From: Diplonema japonicum | Taxonomy: Eukaryota > Protista > Euglenozoa: Diplonemea | DNA length: 64,000 nt | Reading direction: 5' to 3' | NCBI GenBank assembly: GCA_964019335.1 | Contig: OZ025740.1 | Coordinates: forward strand, 62,001 to 126,000 | Part shown: piece after piece, positions 34,982 to 45,835 of the stretch | Numbering within the stretch: position 1 is the first letter of the stretch | How the letters are laid out: every line of letters begins with the position of its first letter | Position numbers and translations under genes: made by a program | The notes under the pieces: model-generated | The model's input: the letters and a program-made list of their open reading frames with translations, nothing else | Databases searched by the model: none | Told to the model about the DNA's origin: nothing

Positions 34982-35599
34982 TTTTCTTTTTTTTTTCCCC
35001 TCCCGCCTTTTTCTTTTGAAAATTTTAAAGCAGTTTTTTTTTAAATTTAAAGATAGCATTTTTTGAAAGTACCTTTTGCCTTTTCTTTTCTTTTTCAAAG
35101 CATTAGAAGAGAAAGGGAAAAAAAGGGGGGGGGCAGGAAAACAAGCCGCAGGGGGGGGGGTTTTAAAAATAAAAAAAACAACGGTTTTTGACCGATTAAG
35201 TGTTCCACGATTTCTTTCGGAAAGCTTTCAGCCACGCAGGGGGTTTTTTTGGGGTCACTATTACGTACTGTTATGTGCTCGGTGTGCTATGGGTGGGTTT
35301 TTTTTACAATAAGTCTCACTTCGATTCCTTATTCTATTCACTTCTCAGGGCGGGCCTCTGAGGGGCGTCTGCGGGTGTCTTTTGCCACCTAGGTGATATA
35401 TTTTCTTTTACACAAGAAAATAAAAGAAGTTGATATATAGATTGTTTGCACCCAGATCCCCAGAACACGCATTTGGTGTGTCTTGCTGATCGCGGTCCCT
35501 TTCTTTGGGCCTGCCCGGGCCTATTTGCTTCTTCACTGGGGCTAGATCAGGTACGTTTTTGGCGATTTTCCTCGGATTGTTTCCACCATGGAAACCCGA

Positions 35600-37383
35600 T
35601 TCCCACACACAAGAAAATGGTTTTTTTTTAGCAAAAAATCATATTTCTTTTTCGCATCTTGTCTGTCTCAGTCGAAGAAGCAGTGGCGATTCATTACACT
35701 TTCTAAAAAAAAAAAGGTATGGCTAGGGCACAATGGTCGACCAGTAATCTTTTATGCTGGCCTTGCGGATGATGTCCATGACCTGGATAGGCATCCACAA
35801 GGCCAGAAACTGTGAATTTAGATGGAAAAGAAATCGCGGAACACATTATTCTTTGGTAAACGTTCTTCTTCTTTCAATCGATTGTTATATGTACTTATAA
35901 AATATAAAATATAGCGCGCATTCGACGACACTGATCAAGCGACTGGCACCTTCCGAAGAAGGGCCTCCCACGTCCGCCGGGTTGAGCAGAGGATGCCCCG
36001 GGGCGGCCGTTCCAGTCTGATCATGTCGCACTATAATATATGCTCTCATCTCCAAGGAGAAAAGAGGTTTTTTGCCCTCGTAGCTCGCCGGGCCAGCACT
36101 CTTACTTGCGTAAGGTCTTGGTGGTTCTTGGGGGGTGGCGCTGTCCCACATTATGCCACTGCAGCGTGGTGAAGAACAGCCAGTTAGTGGCCACGAAGTA
36201 GTGATCCTTCAAGGCTCTCATATCTCCGTGCCGCGTGAACTGCTGCCGTCTCTCGACGTCCCCCTTCGCCTTCCAGCCTTCCGAGTCATACCTGGCCATG
36301 ATCCACGTCTTGTCAAAGTCCAGGATGAGGGCGAACCGGACAAACTTCATGTGAATCCCGAGTTCCTTCGCGGTTTTAGGCTCTTCGCCGAGCACGTGTT
36401 TGCAGACCCGTATCATGGCTTCTGGCGTCCACTCCCCTTCCGCTTCGACGATCCCGGCCGTCGCCAGTTTCGTGTGGGAGAGCTTATCTTCCAGACCCGC
36501 TCGATGTTCTTCAGCCAGGGCGTGAACGGCGGCCTTGCCCGACCGTCGGTTCGCCCTGAGGAGGTCCAAGCGGTCTTTCTTCTTTGCGGGCTCCGCTTGT
36601 CCGTCGCACAACTGCCCGCGCTTCGCGCTCTTGGACCGCCATTTGACGAGCAGAGGTGGCTCTGGTGCACGATCTGTGCTGGTCCTTACCAGCTTGGTGT
36701 CGTGGCCAAGGTACACGTCCGGGCATGCGCCTCCCTTTCGCTTCTTCTTGTGGTGGCTTGCGAGGGGCGGGGCCGGGGCTGGGGCTGAGTGTGGGGCCAG
36801 GGCTTCGTCGCCGTCGTGGGTAGTGAGGCATGCCAGTTCCAGCTCCTCCGTCCGTGGCGCAGGTTCCGCCGTTTCCGATGGCGGGGTCGAGGTCGGGGCA
36901 GAGACTTTGTCGTCGTCGTCGCCAGTCAGGTCTATGACCACCTTCAGATTTCTCTGTGCCTCATCGGTCCCCCGTGGGGCAGGTCTCGCTGACTGAGGAT
37001 GGGGGTCGTCGTCTGTTTGCGTCGACTCTGTGGGTGGTGGCTCCAGCATGTACATGTCCCCCTGTGGGGGAGGAGGAGGTTCCGTCGCAGCAGTCAAATC
37101 CGCGGGTGGCTCCAGCATGTACATGTCTCTGCTGTGCTGTGTCAGCTCCGGCAAGTACAGGTCGTCTGTAGCCGACAGACCGGCCAGGGGTGAGAATCGT
37201 TCTGGGGTGCGAGGGAAACACGCGGTCGTTGCGCTGTGTGCGCGTCTCGGTTGTGATCCGCGGAACACATTATTCTGTGCAAAGGGGTAGGTGTGTGGTG
37301 CTTTAAAATACCCTTTTGCAAAAAAAATCTTAATTTCTTTTTTTTTTGATGCGCTAGATATCAAGCGCTTCGTCCTTTAATGG
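35600..37383 (-). mobile_element. Decayed piggyBac element interrupted by a 1.4-kb insertion
   Basis: End CCATTAAAGGACGAAGCGC at 37383; about 130 bp similar to 21086-21225; FLALW...IIRKASIKDYWST transposase motif about 35735-35810. Left boundary uncertain. Confidence 0.7.
36102..37258 (-). other. Unknown ORF-bearing insert between 18-bp direct repeats
   Basis: GC-rich open frame with DMYMLEPP twice, VVIDLTGDDDD, KKKRK; cgcggaacacattattct at 35835-35852 and 37259-37276. Confidence 0.65.
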
Positions 37384-37426
<43 letters not shown>

Positions 37427-38509
37427 AGAAGAATTAGGATTGTTTTCCTTTTTTTTTTTTTTTTTTTTCTCCCCCTGTCGGGTTTTGTAGTAAAAAAAAA
37501 AAGAGATGGATATAGCAATAAAAACAAAATAAAAATATGAGCTTGTCCGGAAAAAAGTGTCAACAAATGACCCTCTTTAGCAACGGAAAATCCTCGGAAA
37601 ATTTCTAAGTACAAAAGTAGTCCGACACCACTTTGTGTGCAGAATTGTAGTCTAAGCTTGAACACCATATAGGTCACAATGCACGCCGTTTGTTTCATTT
37701 CTAAAACGCGTGCAAAAACAACGGTTTTTTTTTTTAGTTTTTGTCATCCGGAAATTGTAAGTGACCCAGGCTCCATATTCCTTTTTTTGTTTTCTTCAAT
37801 GAAAAAGCGAGAAGAAATGGACGCAAGGAACATTTTGGGTGGTTTGGGCTCTTTATCACTATTAAAATGGGGTGGGGAAAATACTGCCATTTTGGCCTAT
37901 TTTAGGCTACAAATGCCCATTTTAGGCTAAAATCCCTTAAGGGCCCTTTAAAAGCAAACTTCTCAATTTATAATTTGTCATGAGTAAGAAAACAAGAAAT
38001 TTTCGGAGGTGCCCAAAAAAGTGTTGACATTTTTTTTTTCGGACGAGCTCGTATAAAAAAAAAAAAAAAAAAAAAAGGTAGTGAAAGGAAAGAGTGAAAT
38101 GGCATGTAAAACAAAAAAACAAAAAGAATTCCTTCACTAAAAAAGGACTTTTTTTTTTGGGCAGTTCGGCCACCCCGTCGGACCCTCCTATAAAAGAGCA
38201 GTTATTCCAGCTTCCGAGCATAATGAATATACTGTAAGAAGTACTATATTCTGAAGATGGCCTTAAATGGAGGATCTCGGGATAAGTGGGTAGAAAGTAG
38301 CTTTTCGTTATTTTCTAATTTTGTTCATTGGTGGAATGGTGTAGATAAAAAGAGGAACGGATTTCAAAAAAAAGAGAAAAAAAAGGGGGGGGGGCCGGGG
38401 TGATGGAGACATCGTGCACATAAGTGCAATAAAAAATTCCTTTTTACCTCCCTGAACCCCCACTAATAAGGACGGATTTTCAAAAAGAAAAAAAAAAAAC
38501 GGAAAATAG

Positions 38510-38553
<44 letters not shown>

Positions 38554-39462
38554 TCACTATGATAGGAACGAAGTGGTTAGCAACGGCCCGCCGCGTATTA
38601 TGATGCTCCCTTTTGGGGTCGTTCTCCAATCCTTTCCTTCCGGTAATCTTCTCTCAGTCCTTTCAGCTTGGTCGCCGTCAGCCCCGATGCAAACAGGGCC
38701 CTCCTATCAAAGCCAACGACGTGGTCGCGGCCAATGGATATCGTAGTGATCCCACGTTCTTTATTTGCATGACTGCGCCGGAAAAAGCGCGTCTCCTCTA
38801 AAAAAAAAAAAAAAAAAAAAAAAAGAACCGTTGTAAAATAAATGATATTACATTTGGTCTGTTTCTTGCGAAACACGTTTCTTTTTTTTTTTTTTTTTCC
38901 CCTCGTTTTTTTTTCCTTAAATACTGACTGAATAAGCATATGGGGGGGGGGGTGGTGTTTTTGTTTTTTGTTTTGCTTCTCTTCAAAATTGTCGTTTTTT
39001 TTTTTTTTTTTTTTCTTTTTTCTTTGGAGGCATTACAAAAAAAAAAAAAAAAAGGGTAACGTCCAAAAATAGGTCACGTCAATAAAGGGGAGGGAGAGGG
39101 AGGGGGTGTCGGTGGCAAACAAAACTGATATCAAAAAAAAAAAAAAAAAAAAAAAAGTAAAAAAAGTGTTCTTCCACCATGGGTAGGCGGGTATGCACTG
39201 GTCCTGCTGACTTAAGGTGTCCGAGTGGTCGCTCATCAGATCCCACAAAGGGTGTCGGTTCATCTAGACAGCAGGACGGTGGCCATGGAATGAGTGTGTA
39301 ACACTCACCTGCCGAATGAACCGGTCCCTGGATGCTCCACGTGGGAATCGGCAGACGGGGAAAAAGAAAACTGTGGGCCCACTTTGAAATAAAGTATATA
39401 TGAGTTAAAGGGGTTTGTGAGACGGCCCTTGTTCTCATCCACAATAAAGAAATACTTTCGTC

Positions 39463-39501
<39 letters not shown>

Positions 39502-39723
39502 AATCAAACCTGTTGTTTTTGTATGTTGCCGAAAATTCGTTGATTTTTTTGTTTGTTTCTTTTCACAAGCCCTCACAGCTGCCTTGCAGTTATGGGACCT
39601 TGCAGTTATGGGAAGAAAACAAAGAGAAAAAAAAAGAAGATGAAAAAAAGCTGCATCACTGGGTTTTGCATTTTGAAACATGGAAAGTGGGGTGCATTTT
39701 TTTTTCTTTCCTTTTTGAAAATT

Positions 39724-39763
<40 letters not shown>

Positions 39764-40632
39764 TTGCGTTTGTACGCATAGTGGTAAGTAAAAAATAAAA
39801 TAGAGGACTTTTTTCAGACTAATCTCAAAACTATAAGAAAATATATGAGTAAAAGTAGTAAAGGAGGACGTCATGTTAGGCACCCGTGAGTTCTATCGCC
39901 CGAGACCACGGCCTCTTCAATCTGGCAAAAAAAAAAAGAAATGAAAAGAGAAGAAAAACAGCATGTGGCACATGCGGCCTTCACGTTTGTTTTCCCCCTC
40001 CTTTTTTTTTTCCTTCTTCCTTCTTTTTTTTTCTTTTGTCAGACTAAGAAAGGTAACAGTAGTTCGGTGATGGGGAATGGGTAGACAAAGGAAAAAAGAA
40101 ATTCTACACCGGTTCATTTTTTTCAGGTTGTCTGCTCAGAGAATGTTCCTCAGCTGCGTAGCCCTAAAAAAGTTCCGGCGTGAAGAAAAAAAAAAAAAAA
40201 AAGAGAGAAAAAAAAATATATTGCATCGAATAGTTCGTTTCGATATTAGCTTGAAGGGGGAGGGAAGAACGTGAACGGAAAAATAACTGGGGAAAAAAAA
40301 ACCTTTTTTTTCGGTAACAGATTTAAATATAATAGGGTGTCAATTTTGTGCTCTGGTTGAGCACCCCAAACCAAAGAACACGAAAGCACAAACGGGGTGC
40401 TATTTTTTTTCCCTTTTTTTTCAGCCGTGCTATGTTGCTACAGAAACACCCATCTCATACTCTGCATGTAGAAAAAATGATGAACAAAAAAACTAGTTTT
40501 GGAGCTTGTTTGTGCGCACGAGCGGAATTTTACCTAATAAAATAGCTCATTACGCTGCCATCAACTAGCTTTTTAGCCTCGACAATAATATTGTTAAAAC
40601 AAAAAAAAAAAATTCTGTTGATCAGTTCGTGA

Positions 40633-43222
40633 TCAGCTTACAAGAGGGTCGTTCTTCCCCATTGGCTCGCAGAGTGCAGGGGAACCCTCAGCAGCAACGA
40701 GCCTTTCCCTGTACCGTTTAACCACTTCGCTACCATCGTCAGGATAAGCGGCAAGGGCTGCCTTCGCTCCTTGCAAGTCACCGTTCATGTACAGCTCGTA
40801 GCTCGCATTAAACGCCTTGTTGGGGTTCCTGTCGGCGCCCTGCTCTAGCTGGTACATCCACTCCGCCTCTTGCATCTCCTTCTTCTTCAGGGCTTCATGT
40901 AAGAACAAGGTTCGTGAGGGAGCATGCTTGCGATATATGACATGCTGCAGGAGCCTGGTGTGTGCTGCACCGTCGACTTCTTCGTGAACGACGTGATCTA
41001 TGGTGATTTCAGAGCCTCGTATCCTGCCCACCCGCTCCGCAATGTGAACCCATGAGGCGAGGGACCCGACAAAGGTGAACTTCTTCATCCCTTCGCAACC
41101 CATGTTTCCGCATTTCACTTCGCCAGAAACGAGCCCGATCGAGAATCTCCTGCCGAGCGATGTGTCATCCACGATGCTCCTTGCGCAGTTGTAGGCAGCG
41201 GTCCTGTGCGATGCGCAAGGTTTCGCTCCGTTCCACGACGCGTACAAACGGTCGCCGCTGAAGCTGTCGGGGATGCCCTTTGTTCGCTTCACGTGACCCT
41301 GCGCCATGTGGAGGTAGTGCGAGATCCCGCTTAGTATCTGCCCCGCCTCGTGCGTTTGCAGAAATGACAGCACATTGCACCCCATCAGCGTCACTCTCTT
41401 CGCTCGCGCCTCTGTGCCGTGCAGTATCGGGCCTACGTGTTTTGTTGATATACGTGACATTGAAGAGTTGTGGGATGTTCTTCGTCGGGAGCCTGTCTCG
41501 CTGCTGTGGTCGCTTGTCGCGCCTGCTTCGTCTTCGTCTTCTGTGTTGTCCTGCACGGAGGCAGGGAGGAAGTTTCTGTACTCCACGAGGTTCTTCGTCA
41601 TCTGGAAAAAGCTTTTCTGCATCGAGTGCACTTCCTGAAGAGCGCTCAAGGGCCTGTTCATATTGACCTCCTCGAGCTTCATCACCGCCACGCTCGCCAT
41701 CTCTTCCTCAAGTGCGAGGAGAGGCTCGATGATCTTCAGCACGAACACGGCGGACATCACGATCAACACTACAGCCACGACTACCACCAGCACGTAGAGC
41801 ACAGTGCGTGCCACTTGCAAGTCGTCGGCGACCTTTTCCTCCGCATCGTGGATTGCGCTTTTTGTCTCTTTTGTCTTGCGGTCTATGCTGCCCAAGATGT
41901 GCTCCCTGTCGATGGCAACGTGCACGTACCAGTCGATCCCGTGTGCGTCCGCCATGCGCCCCACTCTGTAGTAGAAGTCCTCTCCTGAGGGCGCGTAGTC
42001 GGTCGTGATGTTCAGCACTGTTACGTTCTTTGCCGTCACCATCCCTTCCAGGTCCAGCTGCTGCGCTGCTGTCAGAAGCCCCACCTCCCTGATGATGCCG
42101 TCCGTGCTGAGCACAGGGGGGATGGGCGAGGGCTTCCCATTCACACTCCCGATCGAACTAATTTTTATTTATTTATTTTAATTATTTTCCCCATTTTTTC
42201 TTTTTTTTTTTTAATTCATACTTGCCGTGCGAGGCTCCTGTGAGGAGCCCAGCCACTGCTGGAACCAAGAAGTTTGAACGCACTGTGATGAAGACACGAC
42301 CACGGGAAGGGTGCCCTTCGATAGGACCGCCGATGGACAGACGGGAGAGGAACTCGCTGATGTGCCGAAGGTCCGCAGCGCAGACGGAAAACCCGGAGTG
42401 CACACCGTTGTAAAAAATAGGAGTGTAGGCATTGATGGAAAGGTACACATCGATAGGAGTAGGTGGCGTCCACAAGGTAGGCTGCCCCTCCTTCATGTAC
42501 AAGGAGAACTGGTAGAGAGGCGACAGGGTGGGGTCTTGGTACTCAGCTGACGAACCGCAAGGATCACTGGGCTGGGAACCATTGGTCAGCACATCAGCCG
42601 TCAAGTTACAGCTATCACGCGAAACAAAGTTAACATCAGTCAGGGGGTTTGCCACACCAGCAGCTGCTCCTGTGGGGCTGACGGCAGTGGCAGTAAACGA
42701 CCTATTAACGCCACCCCATGGGTGATCGTCACCATAGTTCATGAAAACAGTTGTGCTGTGGTACCCGTCGGGACCGTTTGTCACTGTCCCCACCTCTTCG
42801 TAGAACATAGTCACCAGTCTGTTGGACAGAAAGACTCCTATGCCTGTGCTGCCCTCTGCGCGGAGCTTTTTAAATGTCCAGTAGTACCTCGCCCGTTTGT
42901 GGAAATCCCACTGCTTTACATCATTCCACGGTGAAGCCATCAGCTCTTCAGCGATCGCCTCCCCTGCCAGCCTCTGTTGCTTCAGGAACTGTACCATGTA
43001 ATCTACACTGCCGTCCACCACTGTGGTCAGGTACTCCTGGGTCCTGTTCTGTACGCTTTCCTCGCCCACTGCGAAGGCTGCGTTGACAGACGTGTCTCTT
43101 GACTGCTTCGTGTCGTCCAGCGCAGTGTCGCTGCTCGTGATGGCAAGGAACGTGCAGATGAACGCGGTAACCACAATACACATCAACACCAGTACAATGT
43201 TCAACACTTTGATGCTCGCCAT
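40633..43222 (-). CDS. Receptor-type protein: TM, extracellular domain, TM, HAMP-like linker, degenerate class III cyclase (exons 43222-42222, 42157-40633)
   Basis: 64-nt GTATGA...TTAG intron joins both ORFs in frame (..SHGN-SIGSVNGK.., 841 aa); IIEPLLALEEEM..V/EV..M..SF..M HAMP-like; SGDRLYASWN, IGLVSG.V.CGNMG cyclase fold. Confidence 0.88.
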
Positions 43223-43346
43223 TTTCTTTTTTTTCTTTTTTTTTTTTTTTTTTGTGTACACAAAAACAAAACTCGAAGTTTTTGTATTTTTTATTCAATA
43301 TTGGAGACGCGAGGAGCCCAGATCGATCCTTCGCTAAAAAAAAAAA

Positions 43347-43611
43347 GAGATGATGTCACATGCAAACTCCGCGCGAGAGCCGCAGGCCCCTAGAAGAAGG
43401 GGAGGGGGTATGGTTACTAGGTATATCTCAGTTTCGGACATATCTCGCAACTCCTCCAGGTGCTGTCCTCGTCAGGCGAGAGGCACCCTTCAATGGCTCC
43501 TACTAGCGTCCCAGCAGGTTTGGAGAGTACCGTTCCCGACCACGGTCTCCGCATTCGCTCTGTGGACAAGGCTATGGAAGAGCCAGGTCCTTAGTGGCTC
43601 CTGCGGAGGGG
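43347..43611 (-). mobile_element. 265-bp segment between A11 and A12 runs, absent from the duplicate at about 29930
   Basis: The paralogous site reads ttcgctaagagggg without the segment; orientation inferred by analogy. Confidence 0.55.
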
Positions 43612-44139
43612 AAAAAAAAAAAAGAGGGGTATGCCATTGCATATTAATCTCGCTGCCTCACGGATAAAAAAAGATGCGGACCGACCCGATACACAGCAAG
43701 AGAAGCAAGACACCTGATGGTGCCTCATAGCCCCTCACCGCGTTTGTCGGCACACCTCGAACATGGTTAGCTTCTCTCTTTTTCTTTCTTTTTTCTTTTT
43801 TTTTTTTTTTTGAGGGACTAAAGCGCACTGAGATAAGTAAGTTAAAAAAAAAAAAAAAAAGCTCGATCTTTTAACGTCAAGGTGACATAAGTCAAACGGC
43901 GTTCATCACGGCATGGGGTGTTTGTGGTCAAACGACCTTCTAACTGCCGGGTCCCCGTTTCCTTGCGGTAGTTACTCGTGTTGGGGGCAGTGGCATGGGA
44001 TCGAGTGTCAATGTCATAAGGCGCCTTAATCATTTCATTGTTCTTTCCTTTTTCCCCCCACCTTTCCTTAAGAAATTGTGATGAGGCTCAAGTAGAGGAG
44101 GGAGGGGGGGGTGGGTGTGTTCTTTTTTTCTTCATTCCA

Positions 44140-44170
<31 letters not shown>

Positions 44171-44173
<3 letters not shown>

Positions 44174-44646
44174 ACCTTTAAGGGTACCTGCGGTATGTGG
44201 CAGGACGCCTGAAGAGTCTCAATCTATCTCTTGATCGAACCTTTCTGCTGTGGGGTGGCCTTCGGCCCCTCGTTCACCCTCCTCGGTACCTTAGGTATAA
44301 AACCCTCAACCGAGTTGGTAAGGACACAATAGTTGTACAGTTGTTTCTCAAGGATGTGGCGGGTCACCGGGGAGGCGAATACCGGTCTAGAGGAGTAGCC
44401 CCTTACGGAGCTGTTGTAGTAACCCAACGTGCGCAGGGAGTGGACAGAAACTACTGACGCAGCTGGGATGAGGGGCGCTATGCCCTTACTGGTGTGGATG
44501 CGTTCTAGTGCCGTTATCACCCGGCCTATTACACGCGCGCTCACTTGGATGTCCTCACCCTCTTCACAAGGTGAGAGTCCCACCGTGGCAATGAAGTCTA
44601 TGGCCAGCTCAAGCCTGGAGACCTGTCCACCTGTCGTGCCCCAGTG
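44171..44646 (-). mobile_element. Non-LTR retroposon 3' fragment (family A, longest copy)
   Basis: WGTTGGQVSRLELAIDF...VHSLRTLG...GYSSRPVFASP aligns with W...VSTVELALDF...VHTLRSIG...GWNRRAIFASP of ORF 30036-31112; bracketed by A-runs. Confidence 0.8.
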
Positions 44647-45017
44647 AAAAAAAAAGAAAAAGCAGGTGGAGTAGTATTAGCATCCTTTCTTCTTTTTTCT
44701 TCTTTTTTTTTTTTTTGCAGTTTTGTTACGCAAATATAAAGATTCAACCGTGTTCTGTTCTTCTTTTGTTTCATTTTCATTTTTCCTTTCTTTATCTTTT
44801 TTTTTTTTTTTTTTTTTTTCCCAGTCGTTTTTTTAAAACAAATTTAATTTAAAAAAAAAAAAAAAATAAGAATCTTACCTAATTCTTTGTGCTAGCCTCA
44901 TATGCGACGAGCAACAAAGACCAGTGGCACAAAGAAACCTGAGTGCAGCAAGACAAATAGTAAGCTGTGTGATTTGAAGACGATCAGGGGTTAATTTTTT
45001 TTCTTTTTCTCTCGCTT

Positions 45018-45171
45018 CGGATCCGTTAAGTGACAAAGAATGTCGAAAGGTCCACAGAAAAACTTTTCCCAGAAAATCCATATGTCGGAAATAGGATTCT
45101 AGCCCTAGAAAAAAGCAATTGGAAATCTCTCCTAGCCCGTCATTTTGCGGCTGGGACACTTAACGGACCCG
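45018..45171. repeat. 15-bp imperfect inverted repeat pair (possible MITE)
   Basis: cggatccgttaagtg ... cacttaacggacccg. Confidence 0.45.
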
Positions 45172-45835
45172 GAGCGTTTTCCTTTTACTCGGGAAGAAAA
45201 TAAAAATAAAGTTCTGGGTCGTCAGATTATACTTTTTGAAAAAGAATTAAGAATGACGGAGAAACACACTCCTGGGAATTGCACCTGGAGCCGTGTTTTC
45301 TGTCATTTGTTGTAGTGGGTGTTCTTTGAGAATATATAGTTTTGAAACTTGTTGTTTTTTTTTTTTTTTTTTTTTTTTTTTTGGTTTTTCGCTTTAAAAC
45401 CCTCTAGTTATCATTTTTTTTGGATGAGATAAGCGTCTCTCCCATCAAGTAAAAAAAAAAAAAAAAAAAAAAATATGACAATTTGCTCGAAAAGAAGGTT
45501 TTTTAAAAAAGAATTCACTATGATAGGAACGAAGTGGTTAGCAACGGCCCGCCGCGGTGGCGTGCCTACCTTAGGCCTAGCTGTCGTTTATATCTTCCAA
45601 AAAAGGTTTAGAGGATACAGCACCAGGGCTTCCCACGTGATCACTCACCCCCAAGAGGAAAAAAAAAAAAGAAAAAAGAAAAATACAACAAAAAGAAAGC
45701 AATCATATTTTTTTTTAAAAAATCAATTTATCTATTTCTTTATTGGGGAAGGGGGGGGGGGGGAAGACAAAAAAAGAATGTGATGAAAACATAAAATAAC
45801 TGCGAAATCGGCGAATTTTTTTTTTTTTTTTCTTC

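Noticed and set aside
21082-37387. One 16-kb composite piggyBac bounded by facing inverted ends
   Set aside because: The similarity extends about 130 bp and each end leads into its own transposase relic, so these are the same end of two separate elements; the right flank is TTAT, not TTAA.
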